Assembly (NCBI GenBank): GCA_038065495.1
Contig: JBBTQW010000002.1
Coordinates: 261,373-325,372, forward strand
DNA length: 64,000 nt
Origin: Patescibacteria group bacterium
Lineage (GTDB): Bacteria; Patescibacteriota; Minisyncoccia; Phycocordibacterales; JACOZG01
Reading direction: 5' to 3'
In this document: piece after piece, positions 28,659-38,256 of the stretch
How positions within the stretch are numbered: position 1 is the first letter of the stretch
Layout of the letters: each line of letters opens with the position of its first letter
The notes under the pieces: model-generated
Told to the model about the DNA's origin: nothing
Databases searched by the model: none
What the model saw: the letters and a program-made list of their open reading frames with translations, nothing else
Made by a program: the position numbers and the translations under genes

Positions 28659-29432
28659 TTATTTGGCTTTTGCGCGAGCTTCTAAGATTGGCAAGAGCAG
28701 TTCCGGATTAGCTAGCACCAGATACTGATAATTCAAAACTAATTCTGGATTCAAGTTCCGCGCTTCTTCCACCGCTACACCCGGCAAATTACGGAAGCTC
28801 TTCCAAGTCTTCTCATCCGCGCTAGGCAAAGCGAGTAGTGTTCTATTACCTTTTTTATAACTAATTTTTTCCAGACCCTTCACCTTGGCCAGATTATTAA
28901 CCACCTTCTGCGCGTCTTGCGCCTTTGGTTTAGCAAATTTTAACGCTTCTAGCAAGATCACTTCGCCCTCGCGCTGCTTCTGGGAAATTACCGTAAAGAG
29001 CGCTTTCGTCTTCATCTTTTTATTAATTTTCTTGTCGTAATTTTTCTCCACTCTTGGTCCGTGAGTCACGCCGCCACCGCGCCAGATTGGCGAACGGCTA
29101 GAACCGTGACGCGCGCGGCCGGTACCCTTCTGCCGCCAAGGCTTCCGGCCGCCGCCACGCACTTCGCCCCGTGTCTGGGTGCTAGCCGTGCCCGCGCGCT
29201 GATTAGACTGCATCGAGACTAGAACTTGGTGGACTAGATCGCCATTCCATGGCAAGCCAAAAATCGCTTCTGGCAAATCAATTTGCCCAGACTCTTTGCC
29301 AGCCTGGCTGTAGATTTTACCTTCCAGCTTTAGCTTGGCTGTTTTAGTCTTAGCTTTAGCTGTTTTTTCAACTTTCACAGCTTCTTCAGTTTTGGTTTTT
29401 TTACTGGCCATAAATTTCGAGTAGCGTACCAC
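28659..29432 (-). CDS. rplD: 50S ribosomal protein L4 with a Lys-rich N-terminal extension.
   Basis: QRAGTASTQTRGEVRGGGRKPWRQKGTGRARHGS core. 257 aa (the start may be M8 at 29411). Confidence 0.88.
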   Translation of the reverse strand: MVRYSKFMASKKTKTEEAVKVEKTAKAKTKTAKLKLEGKIYSQAGKESGQIDLPEAIFGLPWNGDLVHQVLVSMQSNQRAGTASTQTRGEVRGGGRKPWRQKGTGRARHGSSRSPIWRGGGVTHGPRVEKNYDKKINKKMKTKALFTVISQKQREGEVILLEALKFAKPKAQDAQKVVNNLAKVKGLEKISYKKGNRTLLALPSADEKTWKSFRNLPGVAVEEARNLNPELVLNYQYLVLANPELLLPILEARAKAK

Positions 29433-29955
29433 GACGACCCGGCACTGCGCCGCTAACTAAGAGTTGATTATTCTCTGAATCAACTGCCACTATTTTCAAC
29501 TTCTGGACCGTCACGCGCTCACCGCCCATACGGCCAGCCATGCGGATACCTTTCGCTACCCTGCCACCAGCACGGCCACCGCCGCCGCCAATCGCGCCCG
29601 GCTCGCGCTCGCTATGCTTCTGACCGTGCGTCCGTGGTCCACCGTGGAAGCCGTGTCGCTTAACCACACCCTGGAAGCCTTTGCCTTTAGAGATGCCAGA
29701 AACCGACACAGTATCACCGGCCACAAACTCAAAATTCGGCTCTTCCGCACCGCGCACTTCCCGCTTCACCGTCTTCACCTTCTTGCCTTTGGTCTCAGTT
29801 AGCGTGACCTGGCTCGCTTCGTAACCATCACGAGAAACCGTCTTCTTCTGCGACACAGAGAGAGCGCCCGTGGCAATAAGCGTCGCTGGAACCACCCGAC
29901 CAGCGTCGTTAAAGATTTGCGTCATCTTCAGTTTTTGGCCAATAATAAATTTCAT
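29401..29955 (-). CDS. rplC: 50S ribosomal protein L3.
   Basis: GKGFQGVVKRHGFHGGPRTHGQ and a Gly-rich loop. 184 aa. Confidence 0.9.
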   Translation of the reverse strand: MKFIIGQKLKMTQIFNDAGRVVPATLIATGALSVSQKKTVSRDGYEASQVTLTETKGKKVKTVKREVRGAEEPNFEFVAGDTVSVSGISKGKGFQGVVKRHGFHGGPRTHGQKHSEREPGAIGGGGGRAGGRVAKGIRMAGRMGGERVTVQKLKIVAVDSENNQLLVSGAVPGRRGTLLEIYGQ

Positions 29956-29992
29956 AACTGTACTGTAATAATTACAGAATCTTGCTTCCGCT

Positions 29993-30364
29993 CTACATCA
30001 TCTTCAGATCAATGTTCACACCCGAGGGCAGAGTCAAGTTGCTCATGCTCTCAATTATTTTTGCACTTGGATTGGAGATATCCAGCAAGCGCTTGTGAAT
30101 GCGCATCTCGAACTGCTCTCGCGCATTCTTGTGGACGAAAGCGCCACGATTCACCGTATACTTTTTGATCTCCGTTGGCAATGGGATCGGCCCCTCAATC
30201 TTGCCGTCATAACGCATCGCCGTGTCCATGATCTGCTTCACACTCGCATCCAAGATCTTACTCTCATAAGCCGAGATTCTGATCCGAATCCGCTGGATAT
30301 CCAGCGCCCCGCCGGCCTTGCTTGCTACTTTCTTCGTCTTCATTTTGCTAATCTCGGCGGGCAT
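29993..30364 (-). CDS. rpsJ: 30S ribosomal protein S10, possibly with a short N-terminal extension.
   Basis: QRIRIRISAYESKILDAS....GPIPLPTEIKKYTVNRGAFVHKNAREQFEMRIHKRLLDI. Confidence 0.9.
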   Translation of the reverse strand: MPAEISKMKTKKVASKAGGALDIQRIRIRISAYESKILDASVKQIMDTAMRYDGKIEGPIPLPTEIKKYTVNRGAFVHKNAREQFEMRIHKRLLDISNPSAKIIESMSNLTLPSGVNIDLKMM

Positions 30365-30378
30365 GTTTTTTATTTTAT

Positions 30379-31581
30379 TTAGGCGATAATCTTAGTCGCC
30401 ACGCCTGCTCCAACAGTCTTGCCGCCCTCACGGATAGCAAAGCGTTGTTTCTCTTCCAAAGCGACTGGCGCTACGAGCTTAACTTTGAAGGTAATTGTAT
30501 CGCCCGGCATCACCATCTTGCTCGCATCGGCGAGAGTCACTTCACCAGTCACGTCCGTTGTCCGGATATAGAACTGGGGCTTGTAGCCGGAGAGGAATGG
30601 CGTGTGGCGACCACCTTCCTCTTTCTTTAAGATATAAACTTCTGCCTCAAACTCTGTGTGTGGCGTTACTGAGCCAGATTTGGCGAGCACCTGACCGCGA
30701 GTCACGTCTTCTTTCTTCGTCCCGCGGAGGAGAATACCAGCATTATCGCCAGCCATACCCTCGTCGAGTTGCTTATTGAACATTTCGATACCCGTAATCG
30801 TCGTCTTAGCCGTTGGATTGATACCCACGATCTCAATTTCCTCACCCACCTTCACTCTTCCACGCTCAATACGGCCTGTGACAACAGTGCCACGGCCTTC
30901 GATCGAGAAGATATCCTCCACTGGCATCAAGAATGGCTTATCAACCTCGCGCACTGGATCTGGGAGATAAGTGTCGAGCGCCTCAATGAGAGCGAGCACT
31001 TTCAGCGCCCACTCGTCATCAGCCGTCTTAGCTTCAAGCGCCTTCAAGCCCGAACCACGGATTACTGGCACACCAGCGCCATCGTAGCCGTTTTTCGTCA
31101 AAAGCTCGCGCACTTCCTCCTCCACCAAATCAATCAATTCTGGATCATCCACCATGTCGCACTTGTTCAAGAAAACAACAATCTTCGGCACACCCACCTG
31201 ACGAGCCAAGAGAATGTGTTCCCGAGTCTGGGGCATCACGCCATCCGTAGCAGCAACGACGATCACTGCGCCGTCCATCTGAGCGGCACCGGTAATCATG
31301 TTCTTGATGTAATCCGCGTGACCAGGAGCATCGATGTGCGCATAGTGGCGCTTTGAAGTCCAATATTCTGAGTGATGGAGAGCGATAGTAATACCACGCG
31401 CCTTCTCTTCTGGAGCATTGTCAATACCGTCAATGCCTTCCACCCGCGCGCCATAACCTTTGTCTTTGTTAAGATCAAGCACGTGTAAAATACTCGCCGT
31501 GAGGGTGGTCTTGCCGTGGTCAACGTGACCAATTGTGCCGACGTTTACGTGCGGCTTACTGCGATCAAATTTATCTGCCAT
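30379..31581 (-). CDS. tuf: Elongation factor Tu.
   Basis: [22 protein letters not shown], and 400 aa overall. Confidence 0.97.
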   Translation of the reverse strand: MADKFDRSKPHVNVGTIGHVDHGKTTLTASILHVLDLNKDKGYGARVEGIDGIDNAPEEKARGITIALHHSEYWTSKRHYAHIDAPGHADYIKNMITGAAQMDGAVIVVAATDGVMPQTREHILLARQVGVPKIVVFLNKCDMVDDPELIDLVEEEVRELLTKNGYDGAGVPVIRGSGLKALEAKTADDEWALKVLALIEALDTYLPDPVREVDKPFLMPVEDIFSIEGRGTVVTGRIERGRVKVGEEIEIVGINPTAKTTITGIEMFNKQLDEGMAGDNAGILLRGTKKEDVTRGQVLAKSGSVTPHTEFEAEVYILKKEEGGRHTPFLSGYKPQFYIRTTDVTGEVTLADASKMVMPGDTITFKVKLVAPVALEEKQRFAIREGGKTVGAGVATKIIA

Positions 31582-31650
31582 AATTTTTTATTATTTATTA
31601 AACTTACTAATTTATAAGCGAAAGAAAACTAGCGCAAAATGCGTTGCTCT

Positions 31651-31679
31651 ATACTAGCAGAAGGCGAAATAACAGTCAA
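31651..31679 (-). promoter_or_regulatory. Dedicated tuf promoter (TTGACT, 17-nt spacer, TAGTAT).
   Basis: RC of 31674..31679 is TTGACT and RC of 31651..31656 is TAGTAT. The spacer is 17 nt. The site lies about 70 nt upstream of the tuf ATG. Confidence 0.45.
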
Positions 31680-31685
31680 ATATAG

Positions 31686-32273
31686 CTATTTCGTGAAGCG
31701 GAAGGTGGAGAGGATTTGTTTAAATACCGGTTCGGGGTTATAAGCATTTCGCTTAGAACTAAAAAACCATCGATACACTGTATTACCAAGATCAAGATAG
31801 GCTTCAATAATTTCCGCATCTTCGGCTTCTGGCTCGAATGTGTCAAATCCCTCGCTAGCGATCGAAATCATACCATTCTGACCTTTGGTAAGTTTGTAAT
31901 AGTTACCGCCAGTATAACTGGGCACACCATTAATCGTGAAAGACATTGTCACGTCACCAGAAACCGAAAGGTCTTCGATCCGCACCCCAAAGAAACTTGC
32001 CCCAGGATAAACCTCAACGATGTTTTCAGATAATTTCCAACTTGTCGGATACTTAAACTCAAACCCATATTTCTCGTTTTTGTAAGTTTTCCAATCTTTT
32101 GTTTCATCTACAACTGGCGCTGGCTTCGTGGTGAAAGAATTATCGGGAGTGTTTAAGATTGGCGCCGTGGCACTGGGCTGATAAGAATAATCTGGTTGCA
32201 CTTGATTGTAGAAAGTGTAACCAGCAAAACCAAGAACCACGAGCACAAGCAAGATGATGATTGTATTTTTCAT
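31686..32273 (-). CDS. Membrane-anchored, secreted hypothetical protein (195 aa) carrying a YGFEFKYPTSW motif.
   Basis: ATG at 32273 and N-terminal TM segment MKNTIIILLVLVVLGFAGYTF. The 511-aa ORF-track call is an artefact: its upstream part runs antisense through the GC-rich lipoprotein gene. Confidence 0.6.
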   Translation of the reverse strand: MKNTIIILLVLVVLGFAGYTFYNQVQPDYSYQPSATAPILNTPDNSFTTKPAPVVDETKDWKTYKNEKYGFEFKYPTSWKLSENIVEVYPGASFFGVRIEDLSVSGDVTMSFTINGVPSYTGGNYYKLTKGQNGMISIASEGFDTFEPEAEDAEIIEAYLDLGNTVYRWFFSSKRNAYNPEPVFKQILSTFRFTK

Positions 32274-32393
32274 GCCACTAATCTTAGCAACTAAATTTAG
32301 ATTTGACAAAATTAGGGCGATTTTGATAAAGTGAAAGTTGCTGTTTTCTAGGTCATTGTGAGCTAGAAATAAATTAGGAACACTACTTTTTTC

Positions 32394-33041
32394 TTGGAGG
32401 AAAAGCAGATGAAACCGCGTATTGTGGCCGCTTTGGCTGTGGCTTGGGTTATGCTGCTCAGTGGTTGCGCTTCTTCGGAGAGAGACACCCTCTCTCTGTC
32501 GGGCTTCAAGTCCGTTACCGTCGTGGTGAAGGTGCAGGAGAACCTGCCTTACGCTTCCGACAAGCTGACCGAGCTGGCGCAAAGGGGTATAGACGATGTC
32601 ATTGCCAGCAACCTGACCTGGTCCAAGACGGCGAAACCGCGAGCCGAGCTGACGCTGGAAATCACCGACATCTACGAGCCGTCTGAAGCAGCGCAATTGA
32701 CGATCGGCATTCCTTACCAGATCAAGTACACGCTTACCGGCCGAGATGCCGAGACGAAAGCGCCATTGGGTGTGGTCTACGGCTTGAGTAAAGCGCGAGT
32801 GAGAGCCAGTATCTTGGTGGAAGGTTCGCAAGCCGCGTTCTTCGACAAGAACTTCGAGCGCGGCTGGAGCGACGGGACCCGCCAGAGTCCGATTGTGGGA
32901 CAACTGGTCGTCAATTTCGAGCGAGATATCAATCACGCGAGAAAAAGACAGCCCTCTCTTGCTCCCACTCCCCAGCCACAGTCGCCTCAAGACAAGCTGG
33001 TGGTGAACAAGGGACGACTCGTCGCACTCAACGGAAACTAA
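32394..33041 (+). CDS. Lipoprotein (lipobox LLSGC). GC-rich and carries a strong Shine-Dalgarno site.
   Basis: MKPRIVAALAVAWVMLLSGC. GGAGG 9 nt before the ATG. GC visibly higher than its neighbours. Convergent with fusA across a shared terminator. Confidence 0.65.
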   Translation: MEEKQMKPRIVAALAVAWVMLLSGCASSERDTLSLSGFKSVTVVVKVQENLPYASDKLTELAQRGIDDVIASNLTWSKTAKPRAELTLEITDIYEPSEAAQLTIGIPYQIKYTLTGRDAETKAPLGVVYGLSKARVRASILVEGSQAAFFDKNFERGWSDGTRQSPIVGQLVVNFERDINHARKRQPSLAPTPQPQSPQDKLVVNKGRLVALNGN

Positions 33042-33077
33042 AGGGGGTGATCCTACTCTTTCTAGTTCGAAATTCAA

Positions 33078-33132
33078 AAACTCCGACACGACATGTGATC
33101 CATGTGCCGTGACGGAGTTTCTTTTTTTATTT
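33078..33132. terminator. Long bidirectional intrinsic terminator shared by the lipoprotein gene (plus strand) and fusA (minus strand).
   Basis: actccgacacg...cgtgacggagt forms an 11-bp stem with one mismatch. The loop is itself palindromic (acatg/catgt). A TTTCTTTTTTTATTT run follows on the plus strand and an AAAAA run precedes it. Confidence 0.75.
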
Positions 33133-33138
33133 AAAAAA

Positions 33139-35280
33139 TTATTTCCTAGCTTCCACAATCTTGGCCGCCACACTAGCTGGCACGATTTCGTATTTATCAA
33201 ATTCCATAGTAAAGTTGCCACGACCTTCCGTCATCGAGCGGAGCGTGGTCATGTAGCCGAACATCTCGGAGAGTGGCACAGTGGCGCGCACGGCTTTGAT
33301 CAAACCTCTGTCTTCCGTCCCCTCAATCTGCCCGCGACGGCCAGCGAGCGAACCAGTGATATCACCCATAAACTTTTCCGGCACGGTGATCTCCACTTTC
33401 ATCACTGGCTCAAGCAAGACGGGATTGCAACGCTTAGCACCTTCTTGGAAGGCCATGGAAGCAGCAATTTTAAACGCCATTTCGGACGAGTCCACTTCGT
33501 GATAAGAACCATCATAAAGCTCGCAAGAAACATCCACCATGGGGAAGCCCGCCACCACGCCGCGCTCCATTGCCTCGCGCAAGCCCTTCTCCACCGGCGT
33601 AATAAACTCTTGCGGCACCACACCACCCTTGATAGCGTTGATAAACTCAAAGTGCGCCTCGCGTGTTACATTTTTTGCAATCTTTTTATCTGGATTAACC
33701 GGCTCAAGTGGTTTAAATCTGATTCTGACGTGGCCATACTGACCGCGGCCGCCAGACTGCTTGATATATTTGCCTTCGGCCTCGGCGGCCACGGTGATGG
33801 TCTCGCGATAAGCCACTTGCGGCCGGCCCACATTGGCCTCCACGCCAAACTCGCGCTTCATCCGGTCCACGATAATCTCGAGATGCAACTCGCCCATGCC
33901 GGAGATGATCATTTCGCCAGTTTCTTCGTCACTCTTGATGCGGAAAGTGGGATCTTCGTCAGAAAGCTTTCTTAGGGCAATACCCATTTTCTCCTGATCA
34001 ACTTTGGTCTTTGGCTCAATTCTTAATGAAATAACTGGCTCGGGGATATCAATGCCTTCGAGCAAGACCGGCTTATCCGGATCAGTCAGCGTGTCGCCAG
34101 TTTTGGTATCTTTCAAGCCCACCGCGGCGGCGATATTACCAGCGAAAATTTCTTTGATTTCTTGGCGGTCATTGGCATGCAAGCGCACAATGCGGCTGAT
34201 GCGCTCTTGCTGGCCGGTGCGGGCATTGAGCACATAAGAACCAGCAGCGAGCTTGCCCGCGTAGACGCGGAAGAATGTGAGCGAGCCCACAAATGGATCC
34301 GTGGCGGTTTTGAAGGCGAGCGCAGCAAAAGGCGCTTCGTCCGCCGCTGGCACGAGGATATTCTCACCGGTTTTCTCATCAATCGCTCTGGCCGGCGGAA
34401 TGTCGAGTGGGCTTGGTAAATAATAAGCAATCGCGTCGAGCGCCAATTGCACGCCTTTATTCTTGAGCGCCGAACCGCAGAAGACTGGGAAAATTTTGTT
34501 CGTGATCGTGGCTTGGCGCAAGAGTTGGCGCAAACGCGCGAGATCAATCTCTTTGCCCTCCAGATAATCCGTCATCGCGGCGTCGTCCTGCTCCACAATC
34601 TTCTCGATTGTCGCGGCGCGCTCTTTCTTGGCCTGCTCCAGCAAGTGCGCTGGGATGTCTTTGGTCTTCGTTACAATCTCGCCCTTATCGCCGCTAAAAG
34701 TAATGTATTCTAGGGTGAGCAAGTCCACAATGCCCTTAAAGTCTGCCTCGAGACCGTCCGGAATCTGCAACTTTACCGCTTTGGGCGAGAGTCGGTTAAG
34801 AATAGAATTAAAAGAGTTCTCAAAAGAGGCGCCAGTCCGGTCAAGCTTATTGATAAAACAAATTCGTGGCACTTTGTAATCATCCGCGTAACGCCAGTTG
34901 GTCTCGCTCTGCGGCTCCACTCCGGCCACACCGTCAAAGACGACAATCGCGCCATCCAGCACGCGCAAACTCCGCTTCACCTCGATTGTAAAGTCGATGT
35001 GCCCGGGTGTATCGATAATATTTAACCGCACTTTCTCGCTCTCCTGATCTTTTAGCTCTGTTGGCAGCCAGTAGGCCGTAGTAGCCGCCGCGGTAATGGT
35101 GATGCCACGCTCGCGCTCTTGCTCCATCCAGTCCATTACCGTGTCGCCCTCATGCACCTCGCCAATTTTGTGCGAGATACCAGTGTAAAATAAAATACGT
35201 TCAGAAACAGTCGTTTTACCAGCGTCGATGTGCGCGATAACGCCAAGATTACGGATTTTATCAATTGGATAGTCGGCCAT
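33139..35280 (-). CDS. fusA: Elongation factor G.
   Basis: NLGVIAHIDAGKTT, DTPGHIDF, and 713 aa overall. Confidence 0.97.
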   Translation of the reverse strand: MADYPIDKIRNLGVIAHIDAGKTTVSERILFYTGISHKIGEVHEGDTVMDWMEQERERGITITAAATTAYWLPTELKDQESEKVRLNIIDTPGHIDFTIEVKRSLRVLDGAIVVFDGVAGVEPQSETNWRYADDYKVPRICFINKLDRTGASFENSFNSILNRLSPKAVKLQIPDGLEADFKGIVDLLTLEYITFSGDKGEIVTKTKDIPAHLLEQAKKERAATIEKIVEQDDAAMTDYLEGKEIDLARLRQLLRQATITNKIFPVFCGSALKNKGVQLALDAIAYYLPSPLDIPPARAIDEKTGENILVPAADEAPFAALAFKTATDPFVGSLTFFRVYAGKLAAGSYVLNARTGQQERISRIVRLHANDRQEIKEIFAGNIAAAVGLKDTKTGDTLTDPDKPVLLEGIDIPEPVISLRIEPKTKVDQEKMGIALRKLSDEDPTFRIKSDEETGEMIISGMGELHLEIIVDRMKREFGVEANVGRPQVAYRETITVAAEAEGKYIKQSGGRGQYGHVRIRFKPLEPVNPDKKIAKNVTREAHFEFINAIKGGVVPQEFITPVEKGLREAMERGVVAGFPMVDVSCELYDGSYHEVDSSEMAFKIAASMAFQEGAKRCNPVLLEPVMKVEITVPEKFMGDITGSLAGRRGQIEGTEDRGLIKAVRATVPLSEMFGYMTTLRSMTEGRGNFTMEFDKYEIVPASVAAKIVEARK

Positions 35281-35303
35281 TTTTCTCTAAAAAATAAAAA
35301 TAA

Positions 35304-35783
35304 TTAGCTCTGCGGCTTGCGTGCAAAGTGGGCGAAAGCGCGGTTAGCCTCGGCCATGCGGTGCACGTTCTCGCGGCGCTTGATTGTCTCGCCCTCGCCC
35401 TTGGCGGCAGCCATAATCTCATCGGCCAGCTTATTCTTCATTGGCTTACCTTGCCGGCCACGCGTAAACTCCAGCATCCAGCGATAAGCCAGCGTTAAGC
35501 GCCGCTCTTCGCTGACCTCGTGCGGGATCTGATAGTTGGCACCGCCCACGCGCCGGGTTTTGATTTCCATCAGCGGCGCGGCGTTATTAATCGCGGTTTC
35601 CAACACTTCCAACGGCTCTTTCTTCGTCACTTTCTTGACCTCATCCAGCGCACCATACACAATCGCCCGAGCAATACTCTTGTGACCTTTTTCCATCACA
35701 TAATTAATCAACTTAGCCACTTTTACCGAATCATAACGATGATCGGGAGCGAGAATTCTCTTTGATTTTAATTTACGACGCAT
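35304..35783 (-). CDS. rpsG: 30S ribosomal protein S7.
   Basis: 159 aa: KLINYVMEKGHKSIARAIVYGAL....MEIKTRRVGGANYQIP. Confidence 0.92.
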   Translation of the reverse strand: MRRKLKSKRILAPDHRYDSVKVAKLINYVMEKGHKSIARAIVYGALDEVKKVTKKEPLEVLETAINNAAPLMEIKTRRVGGANYQIPHEVSEERRLTLAYRWMLEFTRGRQGKPMKNKLADEIMAAAKGEGETIKRRENVHRMAEANRAFAHFARKPQS

Positions 35784-35809
35784 TTATTTTATTTTTGAAA
35801 AAATTTAGA

Positions 35810-36220
35810 TTACTTTGGCTTCTTAACACCATATAAACTGCGCCCCTTCATGCGCTTATCCACGCCAGAGGCATCTAGCACGCCACGCACAATGTGATAA
35901 CGCACGCCGGGCAAGTCTTTCACCCGTCCACCTCGGATCACGACAACAGAGTGCTCTTGCAAATTGTGGCCAATGCCTGGGATATAAGCTGTTACCTCCA
36001 TGCCGTTCGTCAATCTCACGCGCGCGATCTTCCGGATAGCCGAGTTTGGCTTCTTAGGCGTAGTCGTCTTGACCTGCGTGCAAACTCCACGCTTAAAGGG
36101 CGCCGGATAGAAGATCGGCTTATTCTTGAGGTTATTAAAGCCTCGGGCCATCGCCACGCTCTTGGTCTTGCGCCGGATAATCTGGCGCTTGCGCTTTACT
36201 AATTGATTGATGGTAGACAT
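35810..36220 (-). CDS. rpsL: 30S ribosomal protein S12.
   Basis: [12 protein letters not shown]...[61 protein letters not shown] at 36220. The ORF-track GTG form at 36235 overlaps an upstream hairpin. Confidence 0.92.
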   Translation of the reverse strand: MSTINQLVKRKRQIIRRKTKSVAMARGFNNLKNKPIFYPAPFKRGVCTQVKTTTPKKPNSAIRKIARVRLTNGMEVTAYIPGIGHNLQEHSVVVIRGGRVKDLPGVRYHIVRGVLDASGVDKRMKGRSLYGVKKPK

Positions 36221-36226
36221 TTGCGA

Positions 36227-36283
36227 GAAAAACACCCGCCGAAGCGAGTGTTTCTATCTTAGCAGATTGCAACTGGGTGTCAA
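36227..36283 (-). promoter_or_regulatory. rpsL promoter (TTGACA, 16-nt spacer, TAAGAT) followed by a UUCG-tetraloop hairpin and a U5 run. The hairpin doubles as terminator for the upstream surface-protein gene.
   Basis: RC of 36278..36283 is TTGACA and RC of 36256..36261 is TAAGAT. Hairpin at 36232..36251 has 8 bp including one G-U and a uucg loop. U-run at 36227..36231. The rpsL ATG sits 6 nt after the U-run. Confidence 0.4.
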
Positions 36284-36287
36284 ACGG

Positions 36288-37715
36288 CTAATTAGTCGTG
36301 ATGGCAAAAACAGTGAAATTGACGGTATTGCTCGTGCCGTTCGCGTTGGTAACTGAAACCGGATAAACGCCGGGTGGCGTGAGATATTGTGCTACCAGAC
36401 AAGGCGGATTACCAGCCGAACAAGCGTAATACCGACTTGTTGGAACAGTGAAGGTGAGCGTGGTGCCGTTATTAGTTGAATTGAGACTGTAGCTTGGATT
36501 AAGCTCGGTGTTCAAATCACCAAACTTGATCTTGTTACCACTTGAAGTGAAACCGGAACCAGTGATGGTTACTTGCGCGCCGACTGCGGCGCTGGCTGGC
36601 GAGAGAGCGGAGATAGCTGGCGACTGAGTGACGCCCGAAGTGATGGTGAAGGGATTATTGCTAGAATCGCAATTAGTAGTTGCGCCAGCGGGACAAATTC
36701 TCATCAAATACTGACCAGCAGGGATTGGTTTATCGGCAATATCAGTCGCGACAATCCAGTGATAAATACCACCGAGACCACCAGCAATATTTTTATCTAG
36801 TACATAAGGGGGAAGGAAAACGGGCAGAGGACAAAGTCCAGCATTGGGTCCGACGAGGATACAACTCGGCACATAGTGGTCTAAATATAAATCAACTTTA
36901 CCCCAATCAGCCGACGGAAGACAGGTGGAGCAAAGAGCGATATTATTTGCCCACTTGATATCCTGAACCGAATTAGCCACCCAAGTTTCTCCCCCATTTG
37001 GCGAAGTGACAGTGATACCAGATTGATTAGAATCGGCTGGCGAAACTCTAATCGAGTAAGCTTGGCTGACTGTTTGTGTACCATTGGTAACCTGAACGGT
37101 AAAGTTGTAGGAGCCCGCGAGCGAAGCGAAACCAAAAATCGCCGTTCTGGTTAAGTTTGGTGCGTCACACGGTGGCATAACGATACCGGGACAAGTGACG
37201 ATGTGCGGATCACCAAGCTCCAATCCCCTTGGCAGAGCACCCCCAGAGATAGACCACTTCAGATCATCCGTGCTCTTAAACCCAACAGCCATTAACTGCT
37301 GTCGGTAGAAATCATCAACATTGGCAACATTAGGTACTAGTACCCTAACCTCTGCGTCAGGTAAAATTGTTGGAGTGATGAAGAATCTTTGCTGACACCC
37401 ATACAAACTATCCAACTTCGCCCGAGTAATTGGCCCAACATAACCGGTGCCGGGATGGATCACGTTATTCTCTTCCTGCCAAGCGATCACCGCCACCTTG
37501 GTTAGCGCGCCAAAGTAACCTGTTGGTGTGGTGATGTGGAGGTAGCCGCCCTGAATCAGAAATTGCTGCAGCGCGCTAACTTCTGCTCCTAGGCTACCAA
37601 TGGTTAGATTTCTGGTTAAGACAGGCGCACAGCTCGGCGGAAGTGGCGTTAGAGCAAAAACAGTCTGAGAAAACAAAACACCAAAAACTAAAGCCAGGAT
37701 AAAGAATTTTTTCAT
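36288..37715 (-). CDS. Secreted protein: signal peptide, PG_binding_1-like domain, Ig-like domains and a Kre9/KNH-like module.
   Basis: MKKFFILALVFGVLFSQTVFA. GAEVSALQQFLIQGGYL....GYFGALTKVAVIAWQ (peptidoglycan-binding repeat). ITVTSPNGGETWVANSVQDIKWA (PF10342-like). Confidence 0.7.
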   Translation of the reverse strand: MKKFFILALVFGVLFSQTVFALTPLPPSCAPVLTRNLTIGSLGAEVSALQQFLIQGGYLHITTPTGYFGALTKVAVIAWQEENNVIHPGTGYVGPITRAKLDSLYGCQQRFFITPTILPDAEVRVLVPNVANVDDFYRQQLMAVGFKSTDDLKWSISGGALPRGLELGDPHIVTCPGIVMPPCDAPNLTRTAIFGFASLAGSYNFTVQVTNGTQTVSQAYSIRVSPADSNQSGITVTSPNGGETWVANSVQDIKWANNIALCSTCLPSADWGKVDLYLDHYVPSCILVGPNAGLCPLPVFLPPYVLDKNIAGGLGGIYHWIVATDIADKPIPAGQYLMRICPAGATTNCDSSNNPFTITSGVTQSPAISALSPASAAVGAQVTITGSGFTSSGNKIKFGDLNTELNPSYSLNSTNNGTTLTFTVPTSRYYACSAGNPPCLVAQYLTPPGVYPVSVTNANGTSNTVNFTVFAITTN

Positions 37716-37745
37716 ACTAATTTAGAGTTTAGTTAGTTAATTTCT

Positions 37746-38207
37746 CTACTTCACTTCTATCAAGAAAGTGGCTGCCCCAGTTTGCTTAGTCAGATTAGTC
37801 GCCGAAGCTTTTATCAAGTATTTGCCGGCAGTTTTATAAGTGTGATTAAAAGTCACCAATTGCTCGTGCTGGCCGGATAAATGTGACGGCGTAAGAGTGA
37901 AGTTGGCCAAGCCATCGCCCCAGTCCAGGCGATAAGTCATCGGCGCGTCTTGTTGCTCGGTGGCTACCAGCGTCCACTGGCCATTCTCACCCACTGCAAT
38001 TGTCTCCGGACCAGTAATAGAACTAACAATGGGGCCAAGAATTAGCGCACTAGCCGTAACAGCCGGCTTCTGACTCTGCCGGGCGACGATGAGCTGGAGA
38101 ATCGCTAAGATCTGCTCGCGTGGCGTGCTGGCGGCACTGGTAAGAACTGGCACGATTACTGACGCCATCACTAGCGTCAGTAAGAATATTTTTAATTTTT
38201 TAGTCAT
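37746..38207 (-). CDS. Small secreted protein with a PKD domain.
   Basis: Signal peptide, YRLDWGDGLANFT...FNHTYKTAGKYLIKASATN, 153 aa. Confidence 0.65.
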   Translation of the reverse strand: MTKKLKIFLLTLVMASVIVPVLTSAASTPREQILAILQLIVARQSQKPAVTASALILGPIVSSITGPETIAVGENGQWTLVATEQQDAPMTYRLDWGDGLANFTLTPSHLSGQHEQLVTFNHTYKTAGKYLIKASATNLTKQTGAATFLIEVK

Positions 38208-38256
38208 ATCTGCCTATTATAACAGAACAACCGAAATATTTTCTAGTTTAACTTTA

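Noticed and set aside
31686-33221. 511-aa ORF-track call on the minus strand.
   Set aside because: Only the last 195 codons (ATG at 32273, TM helix plus YGFEFKYP domain) look like a gene. The upstream 316 codons are an antisense open frame across the GC-rich plus-strand lipoprotein gene and have junk composition.
33109-33975. 288-aa plus-strand ORF, plus other long antisense ORFs (30769..31356, 24461..24883, 39037..39609, 26681..27106).
   Set aside because: They lie entirely antisense within fusA, tuf or the surface-protein genes. They are His/Arg-rich low-complexity translations typical of GC-rich antisense frames, with no start context.
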